Below are positions 31,963 through 41,875 of a stretch of 43,605 nucleotides of DNA, piece after piece; position 1 is the first letter of the stretch, and each line of letters begins with the position of its first letter. The stretch spans positions 1-43,605 of the forward strand of contig CBDVCK010000001.1 in the NCBI GenBank assembly GCA_965372465.1, read 5' to 3'. The position numbers were made by a program, and so were the translations under genes. This stretch comes from an uncultured Thermoplasmata archaeon. GTDB lineage: Archaea; Thermoplasmatota; Thermoplasmata; GCA-020350865. The notes below the pieces were generated by a model. That model worked only from the letters and a program-made list of their open reading frames with translations, was not told the DNA's origin and searched no databases.

Positions 31963-33693
31963 TTAAATTGTCTCCTCGATTACCGACTTCGTTAGTTTTG
32001 AGTGGGGAATTCGTATTTTTCCTGTTGCGGTTCTCAAAACCATATGGTACCTTCCTATTTCATCAATGGTGCCCTCAAACCCCTCCACCTTGATCTTCTG
32101 GCCTACCTTCAGGGTCTTTTCGGTCTGGATGAAACCAATAAGGTTATGGAAGACATCCTTGGAGCCGTATGCAAAGCCCGCACCTAGGCCTATGAATACT
32201 GCTGCTGCAACTATTGCAAAGATTATATAGAGTATGGGCACCGCAACTCCCACCTGGGCCAGGGCCATGACAACTGCAAGGTAAATTATCAAGAACTGGG
32301 TCGCTTTTGAGATGACTTTTGGGAAAGGTAGGTCCACCTCTTCACTGTGCTCCAGTATTTTCTTCTCGACCCAGGTTGCAAACCAGAAGCCGATTATGAC
32401 AATGAGCAGCGCCAGGAGAAGGTTTGGAAGCCACAGGATCACGGTGTTAACCAATTCCGCAAGCATATTGAATGCACCTGTGGAGTTCAGGACGGCAAGT
32501 GATAACTGGATAAATACCAGCACCACAAACACCTTTAAAACCGCCCCGATAATCTTTCTGATAATTCCCTTTTTCTCCACCAATTCCTCCACGGGTGCAA
32601 TGAACTTGTCGAACTCGAATTCATCCAGAAGTTTCATGACAAATTTGACCACGTATTCAGCCACTATCAAGCCTATAACAAGGATTGCCATTGCAATCAA
32701 AACCAAAGGCATCACAAGAAGTATCGGGTTTATGAAGTCCGAGAAGATACTGATAGCGAGGATAGATAGGGCCAATTGAATGAAAATCAAGATAATGAAC
32801 ATCTTTAAAAACATGAAAACGAAATCAAACATTGAAAATCCGGATTTCTTTGTATTCTCGTCGAACTTCTTGAGATCCTCTTTAAAAGGACTCTTCTCAA
32901 TGAGATATTCCTTTGTTCGATTTATTGCAAGATCGGCAACGTAGAATCCAACCACAATAACAAGAATGGCTATGAGTATTCTGGGTATGAACAGGATTAT
33001 AGGGGCAAGTATTGTATTAAGCTGCTCGATTCCGGCATTTGCCAAGGCTATATCGATTATTATGAGGAATAAGAACCAGAAAAAGAAAATACCAAGCAAC
33101 TTCGCTAAATTATCGAATCCAAGAGCTTTAAGCGAATCTGTAAATCCTATTTTACCTGCGATCTTGTTGATACCGATACGGTCCAATGCTTTTGTGAAAA
33201 CCTTTGCACCTATCTTGGATATTAAATAACCCACAATTAAAATTATAATGAATATAGCGATTCCCACAGCAAGCTCTTTAAGATTCTCCCAAAATCCCAA
33301 AACCATGCTTTCAATGGTTTCCATTATCGTTGGAGGGGTCTCTGTTATAAAGTAGAAAATTTCGTCTACCGAGCCAAGTGATGCGTTTTGATAATCGCCT
33401 CTTATATGAATTGTGTAATTTTTATTTTCTAAGAGGTTTAGAGTAGGCTTCAAAGTGAGGGTCCTATCGTCATTGGACCAGATCTTTTCAACAAAGTAAG
33501 GATCAGGTGTAATATCCACATCTACAGTACCTATCTCCATGGTGTTATTGAATTCTATTATTATCCATCCGTCTACAGGAAAATCCTTTTCACCATTTTC
33601 GGGAGTGGACCTGAAAGCAGATACAGTCGCTGGCCCCAATAATAGGGCGATCAATGACACGATGCATATTATCGAGAATATTCTTGATTTCAT
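31963..33693 (-). CDS. Mechanosensitive-channel (MscS-like) family membrane protein with an N-terminal extracellular Ig-like (SbsA/Big_5-like) domain
   Basis: The C-terminus VGQKIKVEGFEGTIDEIGRYHMVLRTATGKIRIPHSKL matches the MscS beta-domain pattern. There are multiple repeated TM-helix pairs. The N-terminal signal peptide is MKSRIFSIICIVSLIALLLGPATVSA, followed by WIIIEFNNTMEIGTVDVDITPDP. I place the start at ATG 33693, with TATA-like catttatatcaatg about 35 nt upstream. The track start is 33771. Confidence 0.75.
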   Translation of the reverse strand: MKSRIFSIICIVSLIALLLGPATVSAFRSTPENGEKDFPVDGWIIIEFNNTMEIGTVDVDITPDPYFVEKIWSNDDRTLTLKPTLNLLENKNYTIHIRGDYQNASLGSVDEIFYFITETPPTIMETIESMVLGFWENLKELAVGIAIFIIILIVGYLISKIGAKVFTKALDRIGINKIAGKIGFTDSLKALGFDNLAKLLGIFFFWFLFLIIIDIALANAGIEQLNTILAPIILFIPRILIAILVIVVGFYVADLAINRTKEYLIEKSPFKEDLKKFDENTKKSGFSMFDFVFMFLKMFIILIFIQLALSILAISIFSDFINPILLVMPLVLIAMAILVIGLIVAEYVVKFVMKLLDEFEFDKFIAPVEELVEKKGIIRKIIGAVLKVFVVLVFIQLSLAVLNSTGAFNMLAELVNTVILWLPNLLLALLIVIIGFWFATWVEKKILEHSEEVDLPFPKVISKATQFLIIYLAVVMALAQVGVAVPILYIIFAIVAAAVFIGLGAGFAYGSKDVFHNLIGFIQTEKTLKVGQKIKVEGFEGTIDEIGRYHMVLRTATGKIRIPHSKLTKSVIEETI

Positions 33694-33821
33694 GTTATTC
33701 CCTTCGACTTTCCAATAAAACATTGATATAAATGATTTTCTTGCCGAAACGGCAAATCCTTTAAGTACCATTTCTCCGATTTGGCAAATTTACCGTCTAA
33801 GAATTGAAAGAATGGGATTTA

Positions 33822-34283
33822 TTACTCTAGGTATTTCACTGGAATGCCTTTTCTCTCTCCTATCTGGGCAACGGTATGAACTGTGAAGTTCTCCACAGGC
33901 ATCCCTTCTATGTTTTCCATGATAAAGGTTCTTTTGTGATGTGCATTCTTGAAGAAGGCCTTGATAAAAATTGCTGTGCCTGAAGAGAGCCTGAAAGTCT
34001 CGTACACCTCATCATACCCCTGCAATATCTTGATGCAGTTAACTATATTGGAAGGTTTTATATCAAAAAGAATGAAAGTCAAGATAGGATTGTCTGATTG
34101 CATGGGATTCACAACGGTTGTGTAACCCTGGATGAGATCCTCTTTTTCCATGAGCTCCATTCTGTACTTGACAGCGTTTCTCGAAATGTACAGCCTCTTT
34201 GCCATCTCGGTAAGAGTGATTCTGGCATCCTCCTGAAGATAGGAAAGTATCTTCCTGTCAATGACATCTAGATTCGGGCCCAT
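33822..34283 (-). CDS. Lrp/AsnC family transcriptional regulator
   Basis: The segment IDRKILSYLQEDARITLTEMAKRLYISRNAVKYRMELMEKEDLIQGY is a helix-turn-helix, followed by a RAM-like C-terminal half. Length is 153 aa. Confidence 0.88.
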   Translation of the reverse strand: MGPNLDVIDRKILSYLQEDARITLTEMAKRLYISRNAVKYRMELMEKEDLIQGYTTVVNPMQSDNPILTFILFDIKPSNIVNCIKILQGYDEVYETFRLSSGTAIFIKAFFKNAHHKRTFIMENIEGMPVENFTVHTVAQIGERKGIPVKYLE

Positions 34284-34334
34284 TGAAAACTAATATGGTA
34301 TTTTACCATAAAAACATACCGATTATCTTTATGC

Positions 34335-35018
34335 TCACCCAAAAAGAGCTTTATTTATCGCTCTCTGTGCCTTTCTAAGATGAAAGGAAAAGGCGCCGTG
34401 GGTGATCTTCATTTTCCTTGCAAGAGGGCGAAGATTTGCACGTCGTGGAATGTCAAAATATCCTTGCGAAACAGCCAATTTCATACACTCGTACTGTTTT
34501 TCCGTAAGCTCTGAAAGTAGGGTTCTTCCCTTGATATGATATTTTCTGATATTACTTATTTCGGTATCGATTCCCAAGCCTGAAAGCATGTCCACGAACT
34601 TTTTTATGTTCTTCCTTTTCCCCACCACCTGAAACTCTATTTCGCTTTCTTTGTAGACGATAGGAAATTCAAAGAAACAGTACAAGTCCGTATACAACAT
34701 TTCCATTATATCTGCATAGAAAGACATGTGCTCTCCCAAGGACATGTAAATACACGTGTTACCGACCCTGGAAAGTTCCGCTACATCCTTGAATAGGAAC
34801 CAACCCTTGTCTTTGCTCATCATCCTCCATTTCTCCAACATCTCGATCTTTGGCTCGCATTTCCATACTACCTCGGCAAGGACCATAAAAGACTTGCCGC
34901 TTGCAACAAGGGAATGGGTTACTGTCACCTTTTCCAGATATTCAAATGGATCCTTGTAAATCTGGCTGTAAATTCTCTCAGGATCGAATTTCATCTTTGC
35001 AATTGCCAGTTCCTGCAT
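34335..35018 (-). CDS. HTH_10 (Bat/DmsR-like) transcriptional regulator
   Basis: The C-terminal LTEKQYECMKLAVSQGYFDIPRRANLRPLARKMKITHGAFSFHLRKAQRAI is the HTH_10 signature. The N-terminal sensor-like domain is unassigned. Confidence 0.8.
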   Translation of the reverse strand: MQELAIAKMKFDPERIYSQIYKDPFEYLEKVTVTHSLVASGKSFMVLAEVVWKCEPKIEMLEKWRMMSKDKGWFLFKDVAELSRVGNTCIYMSLGEHMSFYADIMEMLYTDLYCFFEFPIVYKESEIEFQVVGKRKNIKKFVDMLSGLGIDTEISNIRKYHIKGRTLLSELTEKQYECMKLAVSQGYFDIPRRANLRPLARKMKITHGAFSFHLRKAQRAINKALFG

Positions 35019-35029
35019 GGAATCACAGA

Positions 35030-35045
35030 GGTATACATGTATACC
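35030..35045. promoter_or_regulatory. Perfect 16-bp palindrome ggtatacatgtatacc (candidate operator) in a divergent promoter
   Basis: Verified base by base. It is flanked by direct cacag pentamers (35024-35028 and 35045-49). It lies 12 nt upstream of the regulator's ATG (35018, minus strand) and immediately upstream of the TATA box at 35050-35058 for the + strand gene. Confidence 0.6.
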
Positions 35046-35049
35046 ACAG

Positions 35050-35058
35050 TATATATTA
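35050..35058 (+). promoter_or_regulatory. TATA box candidate; implies a leaderless or near-leaderless transcript for gene 35083-36183
   Basis: The centre of tatatatta is about 29 nt upstream of ATG 35083. No SD-like sequence lies between them. Confidence 0.5.
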
Positions 35059-35082
35059 GTTTTTAATGAAATTAATCAAACT

Positions 35083-36183
35083 ATGGTGGAAGATAGAAAG
35101 GAGATTGCAGTGGTGGGGGCAGGTATTGCAGGCCTTACATGCGCTTTTTCGCTTTCGAAAAATCATAAGGTAGATATCTTCGAATCATGTAAAAGAGACG
35201 GTAAGGCGCGTCCCCTTCAAATGGAAGGAGCAGTTCATTATCTGAAAAATATCCCGCATCTTAAACCAACCTACAAACTGACAAGGCTTATCTTTGCTTC
35301 TGAAAACAATTCATCGTATTTCGAGGGTAACATCGGATACCTCTACAAAGTAGGGGGAACTGATGGAGTTGATGCAAAATTCCGAAAGGAGGTTGAAAAA
35401 AAGATTACAATTCATCACTCAAAAAAAATCACCGACCTGGAACAATTATCGGATTATGATCTCATCGTGGCCGCCGATGGTTACAGATCCAAAATCGCAC
35501 TGATGGCAGATATGAGAGTTGAAAAACCTGAAAATGTAGGTATCGGGCTTGGCTTAACAGTAGAAGGAGAATTCGAATGCGGATTCGCTTATTTGCTTTT
35601 TGACAATTATTACGCGCCTGGAGGATATCTGTATCTGATGCCGATCTCAGGGAATGAAGCAAGCCTGGTTACGGCTTCAATCGGACTTGATCTCAATGTA
35701 AAGATACTGAGAAAAAGGTTGAGGGAATTTGCAGATGAAAAAGACCTGAAGATAATAAACGAATGGGCAGATATCGAGAAATGGTACAGGTTCAATTCCT
35801 ATCACAAGGATAATATCTATGTCATCGGAAGTGCAGCTTCCTTTACTGACAAGACCTATGGCTTCGGATTGAAGTATTCAATCGAATCTGCAAGAATGTG
35901 TGCCGAGGCCATACATACCGATAAGAATTATATAAAATTGCTTTCCCCCATTCTCAGGGAACTGCGGTTCTGGGAGAAGGTCGGAAATGTACTTCTGTAC
36001 ACCACAAACAAGGAGAAGGATACCTTTGTTAACTTTTCGAAAAATCCCATAGTAAGGAGAAGAATCGAGAATGGAAAATCATGTATTCCATGTTTCAACC
36101 TGTTGAGAGCGTATTATAGATTCAGTGGATGGGCCTCAAAAGGATTCCATCCTCACAAGAGTCCGGTTCCTTCTTCGAACTGA
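35083..36183 (+). CDS. FAD-dependent oxidoreductase, geranylgeranyl reductase-like family
   Basis: Contains the IAVVGAGIAGLTCAFSL dinucleotide-binding motif with a following acidic residue (DIFE), and LIVAADGYRSKIA (GD/ADG motif). I place the start at ATG 35083 (MVEDRKEIAVVGAG). The track start 35017 would overlap the divergent gene and the promoter. Confidence 0.7.
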   Translation: MVEDRKEIAVVGAGIAGLTCAFSLSKNHKVDIFESCKRDGKARPLQMEGAVHYLKNIPHLKPTYKLTRLIFASENNSSYFEGNIGYLYKVGGTDGVDAKFRKEVEKKITIHHSKKITDLEQLSDYDLIVAADGYRSKIALMADMRVEKPENVGIGLGLTVEGEFECGFAYLLFDNYYAPGGYLYLMPISGNEASLVTASIGLDLNVKILRKRLREFADEKDLKIINEWADIEKWYRFNSYHKDNIYVIGSAASFTDKTYGFGLKYSIESARMCAEAIHTDKNYIKLLSPILRELRFWEKVGNVLLYTTNKEKDTFVNFSKNPIVRRRIENGKSCIPCFNLLRAYYRFSGWASKGFHPHKSPVPSSN

Positions 36184-36233
36184 ATCTTTCATAGGAGTAA
36201 CTGGATTGATTCCTGGGATACGTGTGAACAAAC

Positions 36234-37508
36234 TCACATAGATTCCTTACCTCTTAAAAAAACACAGATGTCAGCCACATTTGTTCCTGTAGGTCCGGTC
36301 TTGATAAGCCCGCCGCAATCCCGAAAGAATGAATGGGAATCGTTGTTTTCCAAATATGTGTTGATATCATACCCTTTTGCCAAAGCAGCATCTAGTATCT
36401 TTCTATCACCTATCGCTCCAGCCGCATCGCTACTTCCATCAATTCCATCGGTTCCTATACAGGCCAGTATCCCGCCCTTCAATTCCTTAAGAGCTCCGAG
36501 AACGAACTCCTGGTTCCTGCCTCCTTTCCCACTGCCCTTTACATTAACAATAGTTTCTCCCCCACCCACTATAATTTCCCCAGGTATTTTCATTAAATCT
36601 CTTGCTGCATTTCGTGCCTCTCCCTTAAGATGATCCCCGAACCGGACCGCATCATAATCCAATGATAGCGCTTTCACTTGCATTGCTTTTACGGCCTTTG
36701 TGCTGTCTGCAATGATGTGGGTTGTGACATTTTGAAAATATTTATCCGGTATCGGACTGTATCTTTTTATCAAATGGAGCGCATTAGAATCAAGCCTGTC
36801 TTTCAGATTGTATTTCTCTATTACCTCCAAGGGCTTTACCGTGAACGGGTCCTTGGTTGTTGCACCGGAAGCTATGTCCTCAACGTTGTTTCCACATACA
36901 TCGGAAATGATTATATTGAGTATCCTTGCGGGATACGCAGCCTTTGCAAGACCCCCTCCTTTGTTTTGAGATAATGCCCTGCGAACCGAGTTGGTTTCGT
37001 GAATATCTGCTCCGGATCTCAATAGCAATTCGTATACTTCTCGAAGGGGTTCCAATCCGATTTCCTCATGGGGAACCTCGAACATTGAAGAACCACCTCC
37101 CGAGATAAGACAAATCAAAGTGTCCTCCTTCCCCAATTTACCTGCGGTTTCAATGAGCTTTCTTCCGCTTTTAAGGGACGACTCATCAGGTAAAGGATGC
37201 GCCCCAAAAGAAATATCCACCAAAGGTTCAACCTCTATGTTTACCTCCTTTTGTTGAGTTATTATATGTCCATGAATGATGTCACCACGATAGTTTTTGG
37301 AAAATGCATTGAACATCTCGAGTGAGGCTTTTCCCCACCCAATTACTGTTGCTCTTTTGGGTAGATGATTACTGAATTGTAGAAAAAATTCCTTCATTAC
37401 TTTCTCAGGTAAAACGGATTCAATTCCCGCCTCCAATATATCCAGAACATGCACTCTCCCCATCCCGGAACCCTCCAATAGCTCTTCACGATTCTGAAAA
37501 ATGCTCAT
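36234..37508 (-). CDS. Glycerate 2-kinase (DUF4147 + MOFRL family)
   Basis: GGGETIVNVKGSGKGGRNQEFVLG is the MOFRL-family signature. There is a 4-nt ATGA overlap with the upstream reductase gene (37505-37508). Confidence 0.85.
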   Translation of the reverse strand: MSIFQNREELLEGSGMGRVHVLDILEAGIESVLPEKVMKEFFLQFSNHLPKRATVIGWGKASLEMFNAFSKNYRGDIIHGHIITQQKEVNIEVEPLVDISFGAHPLPDESSLKSGRKLIETAGKLGKEDTLICLISGGGSSMFEVPHEEIGLEPLREVYELLLRSGADIHETNSVRRALSQNKGGGLAKAAYPARILNIIISDVCGNNVEDIASGATTKDPFTVKPLEVIEKYNLKDRLDSNALHLIKRYSPIPDKYFQNVTTHIIADSTKAVKAMQVKALSLDYDAVRFGDHLKGEARNAARDLMKIPGEIIVGGGETIVNVKGSGKGGRNQEFVLGALKELKGGILACIGTDGIDGSSDAAGAIGDRKILDAALAKGYDINTYLENNDSHSFFRDCGGLIKTGPTGTNVADICVFLRGKESM

Positions 37509-38479
37509 GTTCCAAATACCTCGGGATTTACCACATGCTGGGGTCTTTTTCCATTCAGTGCATCTATAACAGCCTGGGCTGCCATCTCTGCCATTTTTGA
37601 TCGGGTCTCGAAGCTGGCACTGCCCATATGAGGGGCAAGTACTACATTATCGAGTTCATAGAGCTTTGGACTGACATTGGTTGGCTCGCCCCAGAACGCA
37701 TCAAGCCCTGCTCCGCGGATCCTTTTTTCATTTAACACCTCGATCAGTGCAGGTTCATCAACAACCTCACCTCTTGCGGTATTTATTAAGATAGCTGTGG
37801 GCTTCATAAGGTTGAGCTCTTTCTTACCTATGAGGCCTTTTGTGGCGGGAGTGAGTGGAATGTGCAGTGATACAAAATCAGATTTCTTCAATAGTTCATC
37901 CAACTCAGCGTACTTTATACCCAGTTCCTGCTCCACTAGGGGTTTCCTATTGGTGGCATGATACAAAACCTCCATATCGAAACCCAAGGCACGTTTTGCG
38001 AAAAGCTTTCCGATTCTTCCAAGGCCTATTATACCCAGGGTCTTGCCGTGCACATCTGTACCAAGCATCAGCTTGGGAGCCCAGCCCAGAAATTTTCCTT
38101 CTCGCATGAATCTATCGCCTTCAGGAATGCGCCTTGCAGTTGATATTAAAAGTGCAAAAGCAAGATCTGCAGTGGTCTCTGATAACACTCCGGGTGTGTT
38201 GGTAACGATAATACCCTTTGACGTTGCAAAGTTCACATCGATATTGTTGTAGCCCACTGCATAGTTCGATATTATCCTGATATTGCTCCCTGCCTCAATT
38301 ATCTCCTTATCTATGGTATCGGTTAACAGACAAACAAGGGCATCAGCATCCGTAATACCTGAAATTATCTCCTCTTTTATGAGAACCCTGTCATGAGCAT
38401 TGACCTCTACTTCATATATTTCCTTTAACATCTCTATTCCAGGTGGCGGAAGAGAGCGAGTGACAAATACCTGTTTCAT
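37505..38479 (-). CDS. gyaR: Glyoxylate/hydroxypyruvate reductase (D-isomer-specific 2-hydroxyacid dehydrogenase)
   Basis: Contains the NAD-binding site GKTLGIIGLGRIGKLFAKRA, the catalytic region NTARGEVVDE, and PHMGSAS. The N-terminus MKQVFVTRSLPPPGIEML is typical of archaeal GyaR. Confidence 0.88.
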   Translation of the reverse strand: MKQVFVTRSLPPPGIEMLKEIYEVEVNAHDRVLIKEEIISGITDADALVCLLTDTIDKEIIEAGSNIRIISNYAVGYNNIDVNFATSKGIIVTNTPGVLSETTADLAFALLISTARRIPEGDRFMREGKFLGWAPKLMLGTDVHGKTLGIIGLGRIGKLFAKRALGFDMEVLYHATNRKPLVEQELGIKYAELDELLKKSDFVSLHIPLTPATKGLIGKKELNLMKPTAILINTARGEVVDEPALIEVLNEKRIRGAGLDAFWGEPTNVSPKLYELDNVVLAPHMGSASFETRSKMAEMAAQAVIDALNGKRPQHVVNPEVFGT

Positions 38480-38518
38480 AACAAACAGAATGCAAATTTG
38501 GGTTTTTTAAAGTTGTGT

Positions 38519-39445
38519 TTAAAACAGGAAGATTATGGATACTCCGATTACCGCAATTGCGGCCCCCAAAATCCCCTGCCAGTTGGTTTTCTCCTTATAT
38601 AGGAGCCAGACTGCAGGTATTATCATTACAGGTGTCAGGGCCATTAAGGTCATTGCGATTCCCACATCAGTGTAAGTCACAGCAACCATTGAGAACCATA
38701 CTCCCAAAAAGGGGCCCACGAAGGCTCCCCCTGAGGTGAGTTTGAGTGCACGCATATCTGAAAGAGCTGATTTGATCTCAGGTAGTTTTCCTGCTGCGGT
38801 AACACAGATCCAGACAAAAATCGCACCGATCACCATTCGAATCAATGTTGCAGATAAAGAATCCAGGGGAACCGAAGGGTCATCAGCCGCATTGATCATA
38901 CCGTACTTGGATATGACAAGACCTACACCCTGTCCCACTGCACCCACAACTCCAAGAAGGATGCCGTATGGGGTCCATTCCCTTTTTTTGATGCCATCTC
39001 CGTTTTTGTCCTTTCTTTCCACAATTACAATAATTATCCCGATAAGTGTGATTATAATACCGATAAATGACAGGAGCCTGAGTTCCTCATCAAGAACGAT
39101 ATAACCTGCCACAACCGAACAAACAGGGGCAAGGGACATGAGCAGAAGCGATTTTCTCGGTCCGATCTTTACAAAGGCTGCAAACAGTGCAAAATCACCT
39201 ATTCCCAGACCCACGATACCCGAGACTCCCATCCAGAACCACTGGGCCGAATTTGCAGCAGGGATCATGGTCCCAAGGAGGATGATATGTGTTACCACAA
39301 GAAGTGCCACGGCAACCACTATGCGTACGGCATTCACTCCCACGGCCCCAATGCGCTTTCCTGCCGTGGTGAAGAGAATGGAATTTGCAGTCCACAAAAT
39401 CGCAACGATTACAGCTGCAGTTTCCCCAAGAAGTGGTAGGTCCAT
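38519..39445 (-). CDS. EamA/DMT superfamily transporter
   Basis: 308 aa with about 10 hydrophobic helices arranged as two EamA-like halves. AAGGTG lies 7 nt upstream of the ATG. Confidence 0.8.
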   Translation of the reverse strand: MDLPLLGETAAVIVAILWTANSILFTTAGKRIGAVGVNAVRIVVAVALLVVTHIILLGTMIPAANSAQWFWMGVSGIVGLGIGDFALFAAFVKIGPRKSLLLMSLAPVCSVVAGYIVLDEELRLLSFIGIIITLIGIIIVIVERKDKNGDGIKKREWTPYGILLGVVGAVGQGVGLVISKYGMINAADDPSVPLDSLSATLIRMVIGAIFVWICVTAAGKLPEIKSALSDMRALKLTSGGAFVGPFLGVWFSMVAVTYTDVGIAMTLMALTPVMIIPAVWLLYKEKTNWQGILGAAIAVIGVSIIFLF

Positions 39446-39548
39446 AGGTGCACCTTGTATTGCAGAATATTATTTTGGTTGATACAGAAAAGGTGTATTG
39501 GATATTACTATAAAGATATTAATAGTACAGATATGAATTTGTACTAAC

Positions 39549-40670
39549 TTACCTCTTTGCAACCAGATCCGAAATCTCTTTCATAGTTGCATCTGTCTTG
39601 AATCCTGTGGGGGAAAAATGCGTCCTGCCTGCCAAAAATCCCTGTTTTTGTAATATGTCTATCATACCAACAATGGGAAAGGGTTGGGTCTTGGTCAAAC
39701 TGGATATCTCGTTGAGGTCATAGAAGAAAGGCGGCATGTCAATTTCCCCTCTCCACAGATCAATATACTTGCTCAGTCTCTTTTCCGTTCCCAGGTTCTC
39801 ATGGGCTTGGATGTTCGAAAGCAGGGATTTCTTATGCAAGTTACCTATCCAAAGCGGTCCACAGAATAGCTCATTCTCGATCTTTGCGGGTATATCATGT
39901 TCCACTCTACGTTCACCTGTATTTCGGTTATGAAGGATATATCCCAAATTCTTCAATACCTCGTCCGTGCGTCCTGCCCCTTTATCTACATCAAAATGGA
40001 TTCTGATGTAGTGATCTGCAAAGAATGTCAAAATAGGTGTCAGGGCGAGTTCGTGCCTTGCAGCGGACCTCACACAAAAACCTGCAAGAATTCTTGCCCC
40101 GAGCTCCTTGGAATAAACTGTCTTGATGGATCTAGCATCGTATCTTCTCAAGCATGCTTTTTTGGAAGCCGCGCACAAGGGTGCGGAGTCAGTTGCAGTC
40201 ACTGCAAGTACCCCGTTCTTTCTAAGGGACTGAAATGAGGCATCTATGAATTGTACAGGCGAGCCGAAGGGGTCTATGTCCACATAATCGAAATACTCTT
40301 GGGACAGCAGCGTGTTCATTTTCTTGTTCTCTATTACGCAGTTTTCGAGATTGTTTAACTTTAAATTCTTCTCAATTATTTCCACAGCTTTGGGATTGTG
40401 GTCGTTTATCACCACTGAAAAATCGCCTACAATTTCATTTGCCACCCTCACTCCCCTGGCACCGGTTGCAGCAAGGCCGTCCAAAAGGCGCGCCCTCCTC
40501 CCTTTGGTAAACTCTGAAAGCACAAGTATGGAGACATCTCGGGAAAGTTCCATAACCGGATTGAAAAAAACAGCGGTCTTGGATGTTGTGCCCGGTCCCT
40601 TCTTATGGGAAGTGGATGCTTTGGGAACCGTTAAATCTGTAGTGCCTTCTCTGATCTGAGTCAGCTTCAC
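39549..40670 (-). CDS. trm1: tRNA (guanine26-N2)-dimethyltransferase
   Basis: Contains FFNPVMELSRDVSILVL, LDGLAATGARGVRVANE and DIDPFGSP, which are Trm1 family motifs. Length is 373 aa. Confidence 0.9.
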   Translation of the reverse strand: MKLTQIREGTTDLTVPKASTSHKKGPGTTSKTAVFFNPVMELSRDVSILVLSEFTKGRRARLLDGLAATGARGVRVANEIVGDFSVVINDHNPKAVEIIEKNLKLNNLENCVIENKKMNTLLSQEYFDYVDIDPFGSPVQFIDASFQSLRKNGVLAVTATDSAPLCAASKKACLRRYDARSIKTVYSKELGARILAGFCVRSAARHELALTPILTFFADHYIRIHFDVDKGAGRTDEVLKNLGYILHNRNTGERRVEHDIPAKIENELFCGPLWIGNLHKKSLLSNIQAHENLGTEKRLSKYIDLWRGEIDMPPFFYDLNEISSLTKTQPFPIVGMIDILQKQGFLAGRTHFSPTGFKTDATMKEISDLVAKR

Positions 40671-41212
40671 AAAATATCGCCTTTCATCAACTTGATGATC
40701 TTATAAGGCAAAAGGTTTCTGTTAATCGGGGTTACCTCAAGGATTCTCACATCATCCCTTCGTCTGATATCCTGAAGTAAGGGATTGCGGGATTTCTTGT
40801 GAAGCGTGAGAATGAGGGGTTTGTCCTCCTCCAAAACCCGTTTTACAACTTCCACGAATCTTTCGCTTTCCACCTCCATCCTCCCGACTTCATCAATGAT
40901 TATGATATCACAGTTCTCATCTGCATCCTCTATGGCTTTAACACCTATGTTTTCCAGAACCTCAATGTTAACCTTGTACCTGCCCACGACAGTCTTTGAT
41001 TCATGATCCACATGCGCAAGTATATCCTTCTTCTTTGATATCCAGTCCATGACGTAAAATCCAACTCGCCTGTTGCTTTTCATTATAGGCTCAGTTATCA
41101 TCCCCCCAACCTTCTTATCCCCATCCTCCAGCATTTCGATAACTTTAATAAGAGCCTGGGTTTTTCCTGCGTTGGGGAGACCTGTAATACCTATTTTTAT
41201 GGTAACTCCCAT
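40667..41212 (-). CDS. THEP1-type nucleoside-triphosphatase (NTPase_1 family)
   Basis: Contains Walker A (GITGLPNAGKT) and Walker B (IIIDEVGRME). There is a 4-nt overlap with trm1. The start is either ATG 41212 (MGVTIKIGITG) or ATG 41254. Confidence 0.85.
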   Translation of the reverse strand: MGVTIKIGITGLPNAGKTQALIKVIEMLEDGDKKVGGMITEPIMKSNRRVGFYVMDWISKKKDILAHVDHESKTVVGRYKVNIEVLENIGVKAIEDADENCDIIIIDEVGRMEVESERFVEVVKRVLEEDKPLILTLHKKSRNPLLQDIRRRDDVRILEVTPINRNLLPYKIIKLMKGDIL

Positions 41213-41362
41213 AAATTCACCGAAGTTTAAGAACTGAAGGGGTATAGGTTTCATGCTTTAATAAGATTATCAAAAAATATGCCAAATTAGCCGGAATATC
41301 GCCAATTTTTTGGGTTTTCAGGGGGTTTATGGAATCTGGAAAATGAGTGTATCCTTGGGGAT

Positions 41363-41376
41363 TTTTATATAAAAAT
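41363..41376 (+). promoter_or_regulatory. TATA box candidate
   Basis: The centre of tttttatataaaaa is about 40 nt upstream of ATG 41409. Confidence 0.45.
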
Positions 41377-41408
41377 CCTTTTAAACCCGCACTGTATAGT
41401 TACATGTA

Positions 41409-41726
41409 ATGTCCTTTTCAAAGATACGAAGAAAGCGCAAATATGAGAAGAAAAAAAACAAGGTAAGAAGGAAGCTTTCCCTTCATCTGTTTTCGGTATC
41501 GGCAGCAGAGCAGAACGCTCCCACCCACAGGAAACTTCGGAAGAACGCAAGTCAGGAGAATATCGATGAATACCTTGAACACAGGATGCAGCTTCGTAAA
41601 AAATGGATTGACAAGTTCTTTGAATTCCATCCCGATATCCACCCGGAAATCAGAGAGGAAGTGAAGAAGGAAGCCTATGAGGATATGGAGGCTTTCAGAA
41701 AGAGTCTTTTGGCTAAGCTCGAATGA
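41409..41726 (+). CDS. Hypothetical small basic protein
   Basis: 105 aa with a K/R-rich N-terminus (IRRKRKYEKKKNKVRRK) and a helical acidic/basic C-terminus. A consensus TATA lies upstream. The opposite-strand ORF 41418-41783 has shadow-like composition. No family recognised. Confidence 0.55.
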   Translation: MSFSKIRRKRKYEKKKNKVRRKLSLHLFSVSAAEQNAPTHRKLRKNASQENIDEYLEHRMQLRKKWIDKFFEFHPDIHPEIREEVKKEAYEDMEAFRKSLLAKLE

Positions 41727-41875
41727 TTTTATTTTTAAGAAATTGAGTTGATCCGAGTCGGATTTATAATTAAAATTATTCAATAATATTTCGTCAATTA
41801 CTGATAAAAAAGAATCTGGTTTGTTTACCCAAACCTTTAAATCGAACTATTGGATTTAGGTAATGGGGGAGCGCA

